Assembly (NCBI GenBank): GCA_963668625.2
Contig: CAXXKA010000001.1
Span: 96,001-160,000 of the forward strand
DNA length: 64,000 nt
Reading direction: 5' to 3'
From: an uncultured candidate division Zixibacteria bacterium
GTDB lineage: Bacteria > Zixibacteria > MSB-5A5 > UBA10806 > 4484-95
Shown here one piece after another: positions 39,230 through 48,479 of this stretch. Under the pieces are notes generated by a model. That model did not search any database, was not told the origin of the DNA, and was given only the letters and a program-made list of their open reading frames with translations. The position numbers and the translations under genes are program-made. How positions within the stretch are numbered: the first letter of the stretch is position 1; each line of letters opens with the position of its first letter.

Positions 39230-42200
39230 TTAATTCTTCTCTATCGCTATAACGGTGTCGATACCGTTGATGTTCCATTCCTTCTTGATCGATCTATCGA
39301 TGTTGTTGTCCAGACCGACCGACAGAGTTTCACTTTTAATGTAATCACCGAACATCTTAACCGCTTTATCGATTTCATCCGAGGCGGAAATACCCAGGTT
39401 TATCCTGTCGGTGACCTCAAGACCCCCGTTTTTCCTCATGTTCTGAATCTTGTTGACAAGCTCTCTGGCGAATCCCTCAGCGATTAACGTATCAGTCATC
39501 GTCAGGTCAATAGCCACCTTCAATTGATTATCGGCGGCGGCGGCATAGCCTTCCCTGGGCAGTACTTTAATATGTACTTCCTCGGTAGTCAATGTTTTTT
39601 CCACGCCGTCAAATGATGCTTTTATCGATCCGTTTTGCTGAATCTCCACCGCTTGCTCGGAGGACATATTCCTGATGAACTCACCTACCACGTTTGCCAG
39701 CTTGCCGAATTTTGGGCCGATCTGGCGGAATTGCGGTTCGGTTTTAAATGATATGAAACTACTATCATCACCGGTGAAAGAGATTTCTTTGACATTAAGT
39801 TCCTCGAGGATTACTTGAAATAGATTATCCAGACCTTTTGGTGCGCTACCACTATCGTTGATCACGTATAATTTCTGCAAAGGTTGACGGACTTTAGCAT
39901 TGGCATCCTTACGAGCCGCCCGCCCGAGCCTGACAACGTTTTCCGCAGTTGACATGGCGTAGTCGAGGTCTTTATTGATATGAGCCTCATCGGCAACAGG
40001 GTAGTCGCAGTGATGAACCGATTCGGCGAAACCATCGAAACTCTCGGTCAATCTACGGTAGATATCCTCAGCGAAAAACGGCGCAACCGGTGCGATCAAC
40101 TTGGCGGTATTCATCAGTGACTGATACAACACATGGTACGCCGCCGATTTATCATCGCTCATCTCGGCGCCCCAGAACCGCTTGCGGCTTCTCTTGATCC
40201 ACCAGTTGGAAAGCTCATCCACCACGAAATTCGTGATAATACGGGTAGCACGGGTAAACTCGAATTTCTCGAATGCCTCGTTTGTATCCCTGATCATGCC
40301 ATGCATGCGGGACAACAGCCAGGTATCGATAAGCGGTATATTTTCTGGCATCTTCGAGTGTGGATCGAATTTATCCAATTCAGCATACAACGCGAAAAAC
40401 GAGTAGCTATTCTGCAGTGTGGAGAAAAACCGACGCATCACCTCGAGCAAACCATCCTCATCGAATTTTTTGGGCAACGAAACCTGCGAGCCGCTAAGAA
40501 AATACCAGCGCACGATATCCGCGCCATATTTATCGAAAAGCTCTTTCGGCCGGATGATATTTCCCAGACGTTTGGACATCTTCTTGCCCTCGGTATCCAG
40601 TACCAGGTTATTTACGATACAACGCTTATAACTCGAGGTACCGGTTACGAACGTGCTTATCGCCAGCATCGAATAGAACCAGCCCCTTGTCTGATCGAGT
40701 CCTTCGGCAATAAATTCGGATGGAAAGTAATTACTCTCGAAATCATCCTTATGCTCGAACGGGTAATGAGCCTGACCGTAAGGCATAGAGCCCGAATCGA
40801 ACCAGGCGTCGATTACCTCTTTAACACGGGTAGCCTCGCCGCCACAATGACTGCATTTGATCTTGATATTATCAACATACGGTCGATGCAGATCGATTTC
40901 ATCGTCATCGAGCGGGCTTAACGCCAGCTCTTTAAGTTGCTCTATACTGCCGATTGCGGTCTGTTTCTCGCAGCTTTCACATATCCACACCGGCAGCGGG
41001 GTGCCCCAGTACCGTTCACGCGAAAGCGCCCAATCGATATTATTCTCCAGCCACTCGCCGAAACGTTTCTCACCGATCTCCGGCGGGTACCAGCATATCT
41101 GCTTGTTATTTTCGATCATCTTTTCTTTGAAAGAGGTGGTTTTGATAAACCACGAGCTACGGGCATAATACAGTAGGGGAGAGTCGCATCTCCAGCAGAA
41201 CGGGTAAGTATGCTCGTGCTTTTCGGATTTGTATAGCAACTCGCGAGTACGCAAATCTTTCGTGATATCCGGGTCGGCATCTTTAACGAACTGACCCGCC
41301 CAGGGCGTCACCCTGTCGATGAAATTACCGCGGGTATCTACCGCCTGAAGCACGGGGACATCGTATTTCTTGCCTAGCTCATAGTCATCCGCGCCGAAAG
41401 CGGGCGCACAATGGACGATACCCGAACCATCATCCATGGTCACGAAATCGGCGACCGTGGCGTAATAACCGTTTTCCACGCCCTCGGCCATGAAGGGGAA
41501 CAGTGGTTCGTATGGCGTACGTTCGTAATCCTTCCCCGATTTTTCCTCTACGATCTCGTATTCGCCTTCGAGCACATGCAAGCGAGCTTTAGCCAGGATG
41601 AGATATTGATCGTAATGTTTTACTTTTACGTATGTTTCGTCGGCGGCCAAGGCCACCATGATATTCGAGATCAAGGTCCAGGGAGTGGTTGTCCAGACCA
41701 GGAAAAAGGTGTTATTCTCACCCTTGAGTTTCATCTTTACGAATATCGACGGATCTTTAACCTCTTTATAACCCTGGGCGACCTCGTGTGAGGACAATGC
41801 CGTACCGCAACGCGGACACCAGGGGAGAATCTTATAACCTTTATAAAGCAAATCCTCATCGTGGAATTTTTTCAAAATCCACCAGACAGTTTCAACGTAA
41901 TCGTTGGTATAGGTTATATAAGGGTGATCCAGGTCTATCCAGTAACCCATCTTACGGGTGAAATCGTCCCACTCGGTTTTGTATTTCCAGACAGATTCTC
42001 TGCATTTCTTGTTAAAATTCTCGATTCCGTAATTTTCGATCTCATCTTTATGCTTGATCCCGAGGTCAGCTTCGATTTTCAGCTCCACCGGCAGGCCGTG
42101 AGTATCCCAACCGGCTTTACGCTCGACAAAATGACCGGTCATACTTTTGAATCGGCAGACCGTATCTTTAATCGTGCGGGCTAAAGCGTGATGGATACCG

Positions 42201-42361
42201 GGAAGACCATTAGCCGTGGGCGGGCCCTCGTAAAATACGAAACGCTTGGCGTTCTCTCGTAAGGCCAGCTCTTTTTTGAAAATATCTTTTTCATCCCAAT
42301 ACTTTAAAACATCAGCCTCAAGTTTGGGTTGATCGAAGCTTTTATCATATTGTCGAAACAT
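39230..42361 (-). CDS. ileS: Isoleucine--tRNA ligase (type 2)
   Basis: GPPTANGLPGIHH, GWDTHGLPVE, WTTTPWTL, DWALSRERYWGTP, EGLDQTRGWF, KMSKR. Confidence 0.97.
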   Translation of the reverse strand: MFRQYDKSFDQPKLEADVLKYWDEKDIFKKELALRENAKRFVFYEGPPTANGLPGIHHALARTIKDTVCRFKSMTGHFVERKAGWDTHGLPVELKIEADLGIKHKDEIENYGIENFNKKCRESVWKYKTEWDDFTRKMGYWIDLDHPYITYTNDYVETVWWILKKFHDEDLLYKGYKILPWCPRCGTALSSHEVAQGYKEVKDPSIFVKMKLKGENNTFFLVWTTTPWTLISNIMVALAADETYVKVKHYDQYLILAKARLHVLEGEYEIVEEKSGKDYERTPYEPLFPFMAEGVENGYYATVADFVTMDDGSGIVHCAPAFGADDYELGKKYDVPVLQAVDTRGNFIDRVTPWAGQFVKDADPDITKDLRTRELLYKSEKHEHTYPFCWRCDSPLLYYARSSWFIKTTSFKEKMIENNKQICWYPPEIGEKRFGEWLENNIDWALSRERYWGTPLPVWICESCEKQTAIGSIEQLKELALSPLDDDEIDLHRPYVDNIKIKCSHCGGEATRVKEVIDAWFDSGSMPYGQAHYPFEHKDDFESNYFPSEFIAEGLDQTRGWFYSMLAISTFVTGTSSYKRCIVNNLVLDTEGKKMSKRLGNIIRPKELFDKYGADIVRWYFLSGSQVSLPKKFDEDGLLEVMRRFFSTLQNSYSFFALYAELDKFDPHSKMPENIPLIDTWLLSRMHGMIRDTNEAFEKFEFTRATRIITNFVVDELSNWWIKRSRKRFWGAEMSDDKSAAYHVLYQSLMNTAKLIAPVAPFFAEDIYRRLTESFDGFAESVHHCDYPVADEAHINKDLDYAMSTAENVVRLGRAARKDANAKVRQPLQKLYVINDSGSAPKGLDNLFQVILEELNVKEISFTGDDSSFISFKTEPQFRQIGPKFGKLANVVGEFIRNMSSEQAVEIQQNGSIKASFDGVEKTLTTEEVHIKVLPREGYAAAADNQLKVAIDLTMTDTLIAEGFARELVNKIQNMRKNGGLEVTDRINLGISASDEIDKAVKMFGDYIKSETLSVGLDNNIDRSIKKEWNINGIDTVIAIEKN

Positions 42362-42366
42362 TTAAT

Positions 42367-43188
42367 TTACATCCGCTCCACAGTTTTCTCGATTAATCTC
42401 GATAAGTTCGGGCCTGCTTTTTCGGCGGCCGCAACGATTTTTTGATGTGAACAAGATTCCATTGCATCGGGTAAACCCATATCGGTGACTACCGAGAACC
42501 CGATTACTTTGGTACCCTGGTGACGGGCTACGATTACCTCCGGCACTGAGGACATGCCAACGAGATCGCCGCCGATTATGCGTAGAAAACGATACTCGGC
42601 TGCGGTTTCCAGGTTGGGGCCGGATACGCCGACATACACGCCGCGATGAATATAAATGCCCTCATCTATAGCGGTCTGGATAGCCAGTTGACGTAAATCG
42701 TGGTCATAACAGTTGTACATATCGGGGAAACGGGGCCCGAGATCGTCGTCATTGGGGCCCAGGAGCGGGTTGGCGCCCTGGAAATTGATATGATCGGTGA
42801 TCAGGCAGATATCGCCTTTTTCCATCTGCGGGTTCATGCCGCCGGCGGCGTTAGAGACGACCAGTGTCTCGATGCCGAGTTGTTTCATGACCCTGACAGG
42901 GAAAGTGACCTGCTTCAATGTATAACCCTCGTAGTAATGGAACCGTCCCTCCATTGCCACGACATCCTTGCCGCCGACCTTGCCGAACAACAATCTACCG
43001 GCATGGCTTTCCACTGTTGAAACCGGGAAATGCGGGATCTGGTCATATGGAATTTCAATTTCTCTTTTAACGGCTTGTGCCAAACCGCCTAAACCGGTGC
43101 CTAAAATGATACCGATTTTCGGGGATTTATCAGTTTTGGTACGAATAAATTTTACGGCTTCATCGATTTTCTGTCTCAGGTTTTCCAT
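42367..43188 (-). CDS. punA: Purine-nucleoside phosphorylase (trimeric type)
   Basis: IILGTGLG, STVESHAG, GRFHYYEG, NAAGG, GP.LET.AE, VGMS. Confidence 0.93.
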   Translation of the reverse strand: MENLRQKIDEAVKFIRTKTDKSPKIGIILGTGLGGLAQAVKREIEIPYDQIPHFPVSTVESHAGRLLFGKVGGKDVVAMEGRFHYYEGYTLKQVTFPVRVMKQLGIETLVVSNAAGGMNPQMEKGDICLITDHINFQGANPLLGPNDDDLGPRFPDMYNCYDHDLRQLAIQTAIDEGIYIHRGVYVGVSGPNLETAAEYRFLRIIGGDLVGMSSVPEVIVARHQGTKVIGFSVVTDMGLPDAMESCSHQKIVAAAEKAGPNLSRLIEKTVERM

Positions 43189-43191
43189 TTA

Positions 43192-43812
43192 TTATTCCTC
43201 CGGATGGTTAGAATCTGAGTTCTCGGTTGATGTATTGGAAACAGTCACGGTCTCTTCCGTGTTTGGATCGACTTCTCGTTTGAATTGCTCGACGACCCGG
43301 TCAACCTCGGCATCGGCGATCTCCGGGCGCTTTTTCAATCTTAAAACGCGGGGTCTCTCCTCGGCTTCTTTTTCCATTAATTCCAGCAGCTTCAACTGCG
43401 ATTCGATAAGCGATCTGAAATTAACCAAAAACGCAGCCCGCTGGCTTTTCAAAGATATAAATTCCCGCCTCAATTTCGAGGATTTTTCGTAAGCATCATC
43501 GATAATTTTTTCCGCCTGCGAGTTTGCCTCCCTGACAATCAATTCGGCTTTTTCCTCGGCGGAGGCCCGCATTTGCTCGGCCGAATCCTGAGTTGCCACC
43601 AGCGTGTTCTGAAGAGCCGTTTCTATCCTGGTGTAATTTACCAGTTTATCCTGTGCTCGTTGAAGTTTCTCCTTATATTCGAGATTATCCCGAACGAGTT
43701 CCTCCATCTCCTCCGATACCAACTCGAGAAATGATATTACCTCGTCTTTATCGAAGCCTCGAAATTTGGACTGGAACTCTTGCTTTTTAATATCCAGGGG
43801 CGTTATTCTCAT
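43192..43812 (-). CDS. divIVA: DivIVA domain protein
   Basis: Start MRITPLDIKKQEF...RGFD..EV..FL after GGGAGG SD; coiled coil follows. Confidence 0.85.
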   Translation of the reverse strand: MRITPLDIKKQEFQSKFRGFDKDEVISFLELVSEEMEELVRDNLEYKEKLQRAQDKLVNYTRIETALQNTLVATQDSAEQMRASAEEKAELIVREANSQAEKIIDDAYEKSSKLRREFISLKSQRAAFLVNFRSLIESQLKLLELMEKEAEERPRVLRLKKRPEIADAEVDRVVEQFKREVDPNTEETVTVSNTSTENSDSNHPEE

Positions 43813-43831
43813 TTTGCAGCCTCCCGTCAGG

Positions 43832-44521
43832 CTAGTTATAGTTTCTTCTACCAAATATCGCAGTGCCGATCCTGAGCTCTGTGCTGCCGTATATTAATGC
43901 CTGCTCGAAATCGGAACTCATCCCCATTGACAATATCGATATACGCGAACCGAACCGATCCTGCAACCTTGAATACAACTCCTGTGTCATCTTGAAAGAT
44001 TCGTCGATCATATCAAGGTTATCTGTTAGCGGCCCGACCGTCATCAACCCGCGTAGCTCGATATTATCCAGCTTATCTATTTTTTCGGCTGCTGACAAGA
44101 TTTCCTCAGCCTCGAAACCGAATTTGCTTTTTTCGCCGGAGGAATTCAGCTCCAGCAGAATTTTCATTTCGATATCTTGTTTAACGCATTCTTTTGAAAT
44201 TGTTTCAGCTAATTTTACGCTGTCAATCGTCTCTATAATATCGAATAGCTTTACCGCTTTTTTCACCTTGTTGCTCTGGAGATGACCTATCATATGCCAG
44301 ATAGGCCCTTCATCTACTTGCGGTATTTTTCTCTCGGCTTCCTGTATCTTGTTCTCTCCCAAGTGCAAAAGCCCCGCCTCGAAAGCCTCCTGAGCCAATT
44401 CCGCAGGATGCATCTTGCTGACACCGACGAGTACTACCTCATCGGGATTTCGTCCGAATTTCAAGCAAGCTTGCTTTTTTCTGTTTTCAACTGATTTTAA
44501 ATTAATCTCAATATCACCCAT
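43832..44521 (-). CDS. yggS: YggS family PLP homeostasis protein
   Basis: VGVSK, GENKIQE, WHMIGHLQSNK, GLMT, LSMGMS.D, RIGTAIFG. Confidence 0.95.
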   Translation of the reverse strand: MGDIEINLKSVENRKKQACLKFGRNPDEVVLVGVSKMHPAELAQEAFEAGLLHLGENKIQEAERKIPQVDEGPIWHMIGHLQSNKVKKAVKLFDIIETIDSVKLAETISKECVKQDIEMKILLELNSSGEKSKFGFEAEEILSAAEKIDKLDNIELRGLMTVGPLTDNLDMIDESFKMTQELYSRLQDRFGSRISILSMGMSSDFEQALIYGSTELRIGTAIFGRRNYN

Positions 44522-44544
44522 AACAATCCCGAGTTAAGTCTTTC

Positions 44545-44573
44545 ATTATATTCCTTAGGCTGATCAAAAGCAA
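44545..44573 (-). promoter_or_regulatory. Sigma70-type promoter of the yggS operon
   Basis: Minus strand TTGCTT-17 nt-TATAAT. Confidence 0.65.
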
Positions 44574-44858
44574 TTGTTTTTTTGATACCGCAATCTCGAT
44601 ACCGACTGATAACATATTATATAACATGCGGTTATGAGTTTATAGGTCAGTGCCTTATACTATTTGACATATTTTTCAAATTATGATATCCAAATCCGCT
44701 TATCGTAGTCGATTTATAGCTCAATTGAGCTATTGTCACTTGTCTAATTTATTCATCTAATTGGAGGTTTTTTATACAGTTTAGAACGCTAATACCGATA
44801 CATTAATTGAGGTAGTTTCAAATGCTAAAACCTTTGTTGCTTGGTAAGGAGCGGTTTA

Positions 44859-47480
44859 ATGTTTAAATTTCACAAAGTGAGAGGGCCGGAACAGGTCGGT
44901 GATGCTATCAGCACACTGGAAGAAACGGCCAATAGACTGGAATCTATGGTAGAGATTGCTCAGAAAGAGAAATCTCGACTTCATCTTCTGGTAGGGAATG
45001 TCACGGATCGTGTCGATCAGATAAAACAATCAGCATCAGGCTTTGATGGAATTGTTAAAAAAATCGAAACATTTCAGGACCGGTTTCAAAATATCGAAAA
45101 CGAAATCCAGGTGATTCAACGTCAGGCGGACGGCTTAAAAGAGCTAAAAAGCGAGACCGCCAATCTGTTCAATCAATTCAAGCAGTTGAAGCAGGATTTC
45201 GATGGCACCGCCGCCAAGCTGAGAGGCTACAGTGATACTGCAAATAAACTCGCCCCGTTAAACGAAAAGGTTAACGAGGTAAAAAACAAGCTCCTGCCCG
45301 AGATAGAAAGTATCAACATAAAGCAGGATGAGCTTGCCAAAAAATACAACGAATATTTCGATCGGCTGGATAAAGCCGACTTGAAACTTCAGGGATTGAT
45401 GAAACTCAGCGATGAGTTCAAGCAAACCTCCGAGAATGTCGTTCGTGAATCCGCCAGAATAAGCACCTGGATGGAGGCAACCGAATCGATGTCATCGAAG
45501 TTGGAGCAGGCGACCGAGGTTTTTGAAACTACCAAGCAAAAAATCGATAGTCTGCACGAACTGGCCGAGTATGTCGAAAACAAGACCAAATCCTTGAAAA
45601 AGCAAAAAGAGCTGCTCAAAAAAGCCCATATCGAATCGGGACGGGCCAATGGACTGTTCTGGGAGATCAAGTCAAAACTCAACGAACTGGAACAGGACGC
45701 CGAGAAGATTCGCCAGATGGAAATGCAGACAAACGAGTTTGCCGGTACTTTAACGAAAATCGAAAGCCGCTTCGAACAGATAAATAGTTTTTCCAAGAAA
45801 CTTGACCTCATTTTAAACGAATATACTCGTCTCGAGGAATATGCCCGCCAGCTTCACGACCACCGCAAACAGTTTAGTGTGGTGGATGATTTATTGAAGC
45901 AAATTACCAGGCATATCGATATGGCAAAGGACGAACGCAATAAGCTCAGCCAGGCCGAACAGCAGATGAATCTCTTTATCAAACGTTCCGAGGAATCGCA
46001 AGACGAATCCCGCGCATTGATCCGTCAGATGACGGAGCTGATGCAAAACGCGGAGAAATTCCTGCAGCGCGCCCCCGATGTCAACAAGGCGCTGGGGCAG
46101 ATCGAATCGATCAGGAAGCGCGCCCTGGTTCTCGAGAATAAGATCATGGAGGCTATGGCATCCGGTACCGAAATCGAGAAACAGTCGGAGAAAGCCAACC
46201 AGATAAAACACCAGGTAGATCAGTTCAATCAGGATGTCGATCAGAAGATTGCCAACCAGAAAAAGGAACTGGGAGATCTCACCTCCTCGATAACCGGCTT
46301 AAAGAGCAATCTCGAGATGGTGCAGACCAACTGGAATAAAGTCCCGCAGTTGATGGAAAAGCTCTCCGAGGTTGAGAAACTTCAGAGGGAACTCGATAAA
46401 ACCTACAAATCCGTGATGCAACGTGAACAAACCGTCACCGGGCTTAAAAACCTGATGGAACAGAATAACGTCGCTTTCAAGGAATTCGAAAAAACCAGTA
46501 GCGAGATTCATAAAAAAGCTACGGATATTTTGAATGTTAAATCCGAACTGGAAAATATCGAATATAAAGTGCAATCGCTTTCTTCTGCCGCCAAACAGCT
46601 TACCATGATGGGCGAGCGTATCGAGAAAACCGAAACCGAGATGGAGAACTTGAACGAGAATTTCTCCGCGCTCAATTCCCAGGCTAAAAACTGGCAATCG
46701 CAATCGGCTAACATGAAAACCGAGTGCTCCAATATCTCGAAAACGCATGAGGATTTGCGCACGAATATCGGTGATGTCATGGATCTGTTCACCCGCCTGT
46801 CGGAACATCGCGCCCAGGCCGAAAGCGAAGCCAAACGCTTGAACAGCTATTTCCAACAGGCCGAGCGGAAAGTCAAGGAACTGGCAGAGATGAGCGGTAA
46901 ATCCTCGGATAACGCCGCTAAACAGGTCGAGATGATGAATGAGATCAGCGATTCGATTAAAACATTGAATACCGGCCAGGATGAGTTAATAGCGCGTTTC
47001 AACAGTATCGAATCGGAATCGGCCAAACTTACCAGCCTGGCCAACGCGATCAAGGAAAAGCAAATGGAGATGGCCTCCCTCGAGGAGAAAGTCAGCATGC
47101 TTGATGGCAAATTGAACGAGGCGGTAAAAGTACAGAAACGGGTGGAGGAGTTCGATAAGGCTTTCGATAATTTCCGTAAGGACATGAAATCGATATCAGC
47201 GACGCTCGGTAAAATGGAGAACACCAACAAAGAGTTCGACAATTATAAAAACATGATTGCCTCGTTCGAAAAGAAGATTACCTCGATGAGCGAACAGGCC
47301 AAGAAAGTCGATAAACTCAAATCAGATCTCAACCGGGCCTCGATTATGGCCGAGGAGTTGAACGCTCGCCAGAAAACTTTAAAAGACGACAAAGAACTCA
47401 TTGATATGGCTATTAACGCCGCCTCAAAACTTGAGGAACTTGTGTACCGGGCTGAACATATAACAAAGGAGAAGAAATAA
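44859..47480 (+). CDS. Long coiled-coil protein of unknown function (873 aa)
   Basis: AAGGAG SD then ATG 44859; E/K/Q/L-rich heptads throughout, no Walker motifs, TM or signal peptide. Confidence 0.85.
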   Translation: MFKFHKVRGPEQVGDAISTLEETANRLESMVEIAQKEKSRLHLLVGNVTDRVDQIKQSASGFDGIVKKIETFQDRFQNIENEIQVIQRQADGLKELKSETANLFNQFKQLKQDFDGTAAKLRGYSDTANKLAPLNEKVNEVKNKLLPEIESINIKQDELAKKYNEYFDRLDKADLKLQGLMKLSDEFKQTSENVVRESARISTWMEATESMSSKLEQATEVFETTKQKIDSLHELAEYVENKTKSLKKQKELLKKAHIESGRANGLFWEIKSKLNELEQDAEKIRQMEMQTNEFAGTLTKIESRFEQINSFSKKLDLILNEYTRLEEYARQLHDHRKQFSVVDDLLKQITRHIDMAKDERNKLSQAEQQMNLFIKRSEESQDESRALIRQMTELMQNAEKFLQRAPDVNKALGQIESIRKRALVLENKIMEAMASGTEIEKQSEKANQIKHQVDQFNQDVDQKIANQKKELGDLTSSITGLKSNLEMVQTNWNKVPQLMEKLSEVEKLQRELDKTYKSVMQREQTVTGLKNLMEQNNVAFKEFEKTSSEIHKKATDILNVKSELENIEYKVQSLSSAAKQLTMMGERIEKTETEMENLNENFSALNSQAKNWQSQSANMKTECSNISKTHEDLRTNIGDVMDLFTRLSEHRAQAESEAKRLNSYFQQAERKVKELAEMSGKSSDNAAKQVEMMNEISDSIKTLNTGQDELIARFNSIESESAKLTSLANAIKEKQMEMASLEEKVSMLDGKLNEAVKVQKRVEEFDKAFDNFRKDMKSISATLGKMENTNKEFDNYKNMIASFEKKITSMSEQAKKVDKLKSDLNRASIMAEELNARQKTLKDDKELIDMAINAASKLEELVYRAEHITKEKK

Positions 47481-47505
47481 AGGAACCGAAATATTCGGAT
47501 AAAAG

Positions 47506-47534
47506 TTGACATTCACGATATAAGTCAATAGTTT
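47506..47534 (+). promoter_or_regulatory. Sigma70-type promoter of the porV-like gene
   Basis: TTGACA-17 nt-TAGTTT, 8 nt before ATG. Confidence 0.55.
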
Positions 47535-47542
47535 CAGCCAGG

Positions 47543-48472
47543 ATGGATTTGTTGAAAAAATCAATAGTAGCATTGCTAATAGCAATTTTATTCTCACCGG
47601 CACTTGCAGATAAGTACGCCGGTGAGTTTTTGTATTTAGGAGTCGGCGGTAGGCCGCTGGCGATGGGCGGCGCCTATACCGCAGCCGATGGCGATGTATT
47701 CTCCTCGTATTATAACCCCGCTGGCCTGGTCGATTTAGACGGTTACCAGGCGGCTTTCATGCACTCCGAGACATTCGGATCATTACTCAATCATGATTAT
47801 TTCACGGTTGCCCGAAAACAATCGGGGGGAGTTGCTTCCGTTTCGCTGTATTATCTTGGCGGTGGTGGTATTCTAGTTACCGAGGAATATCTCGGCAGGT
47901 TCAGGGTGCTCGAGGAGGAATCGCACGCCGATTACGTTTTATCGTTTGCCTACGGTAGAAATCAATCCGAGCGTCTCGATTGGGGGTTGGCGGCCAAAGT
48001 AATTCGCCGTGATATCGCCTCCTACTCGGCCTGGGGGCTTGGCCTGGATGCCGGTATACGTTACCGGGTTTTCGAGGGATTCACCTCAGCGCTGGCTGTT
48101 CAGGATTTGACCGGTACGCTGCTTTCATATTCCAACGATAACAAGGAGACTGTCAGCCCGACAGCCAAAACCGGTATCGGGTATGTTCGCGAATCCGGAG
48201 ATTTCAGGGGCACCTTGCTTGCGGATATCGACTGGCGATTCGAGGGCAGGGAGGATGCCGCTAATTTCAATATAGGCTCGATCTCGGGTGACTATCATAT
48301 TGGTTTCGAGGTACTATATAAACAAGTGGTAGCAGCCCGTGTTGGTTCGGATATCGGTAATTTAACTACCGGTATCGGCGTTACATTCGGCAGATTCACG
48401 GTCGATTTAGCATTGTTCGACCACGATGAGTTGGATACCTCTTATCGCGGTTCGCTCATCATCGATTGGTGA
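47543..48472 (+). CDS. PorV/PorQ family outer-membrane beta-barrel
   Basis: Signal peptide; FL.LGVG.R.LAMGGA..A...D....YYNPAGL; C-terminal Trp. Confidence 0.85.
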   Translation: MDLLKKSIVALLIAILFSPALADKYAGEFLYLGVGGRPLAMGGAYTAADGDVFSSYYNPAGLVDLDGYQAAFMHSETFGSLLNHDYFTVARKQSGGVASVSLYYLGGGGILVTEEYLGRFRVLEEESHADYVLSFAYGRNQSERLDWGLAAKVIRRDIASYSAWGLGLDAGIRYRVFEGFTSALAVQDLTGTLLSYSNDNKETVSPTAKTGIGYVRESGDFRGTLLADIDWRFEGREDAANFNIGSISGDYHIGFEVLYKQVVAARVGSDIGNLTTGIGVTFGRFTVDLALFDHDELDTSYRGSLIIDW

Positions 48473-48479
48473 TAATAGC

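Noticed and set aside
40133-40921. Long antisense ORFs (also 10335..11120, 46299..46856 and others)
   Set aside because: Shadow frames of well-supported genes on the opposite strand
44859-47480. SMC/SbcC or chemoreceptor call
   Set aside because: No Walker A/B, hinge, MCP hairpin signature or TM segments
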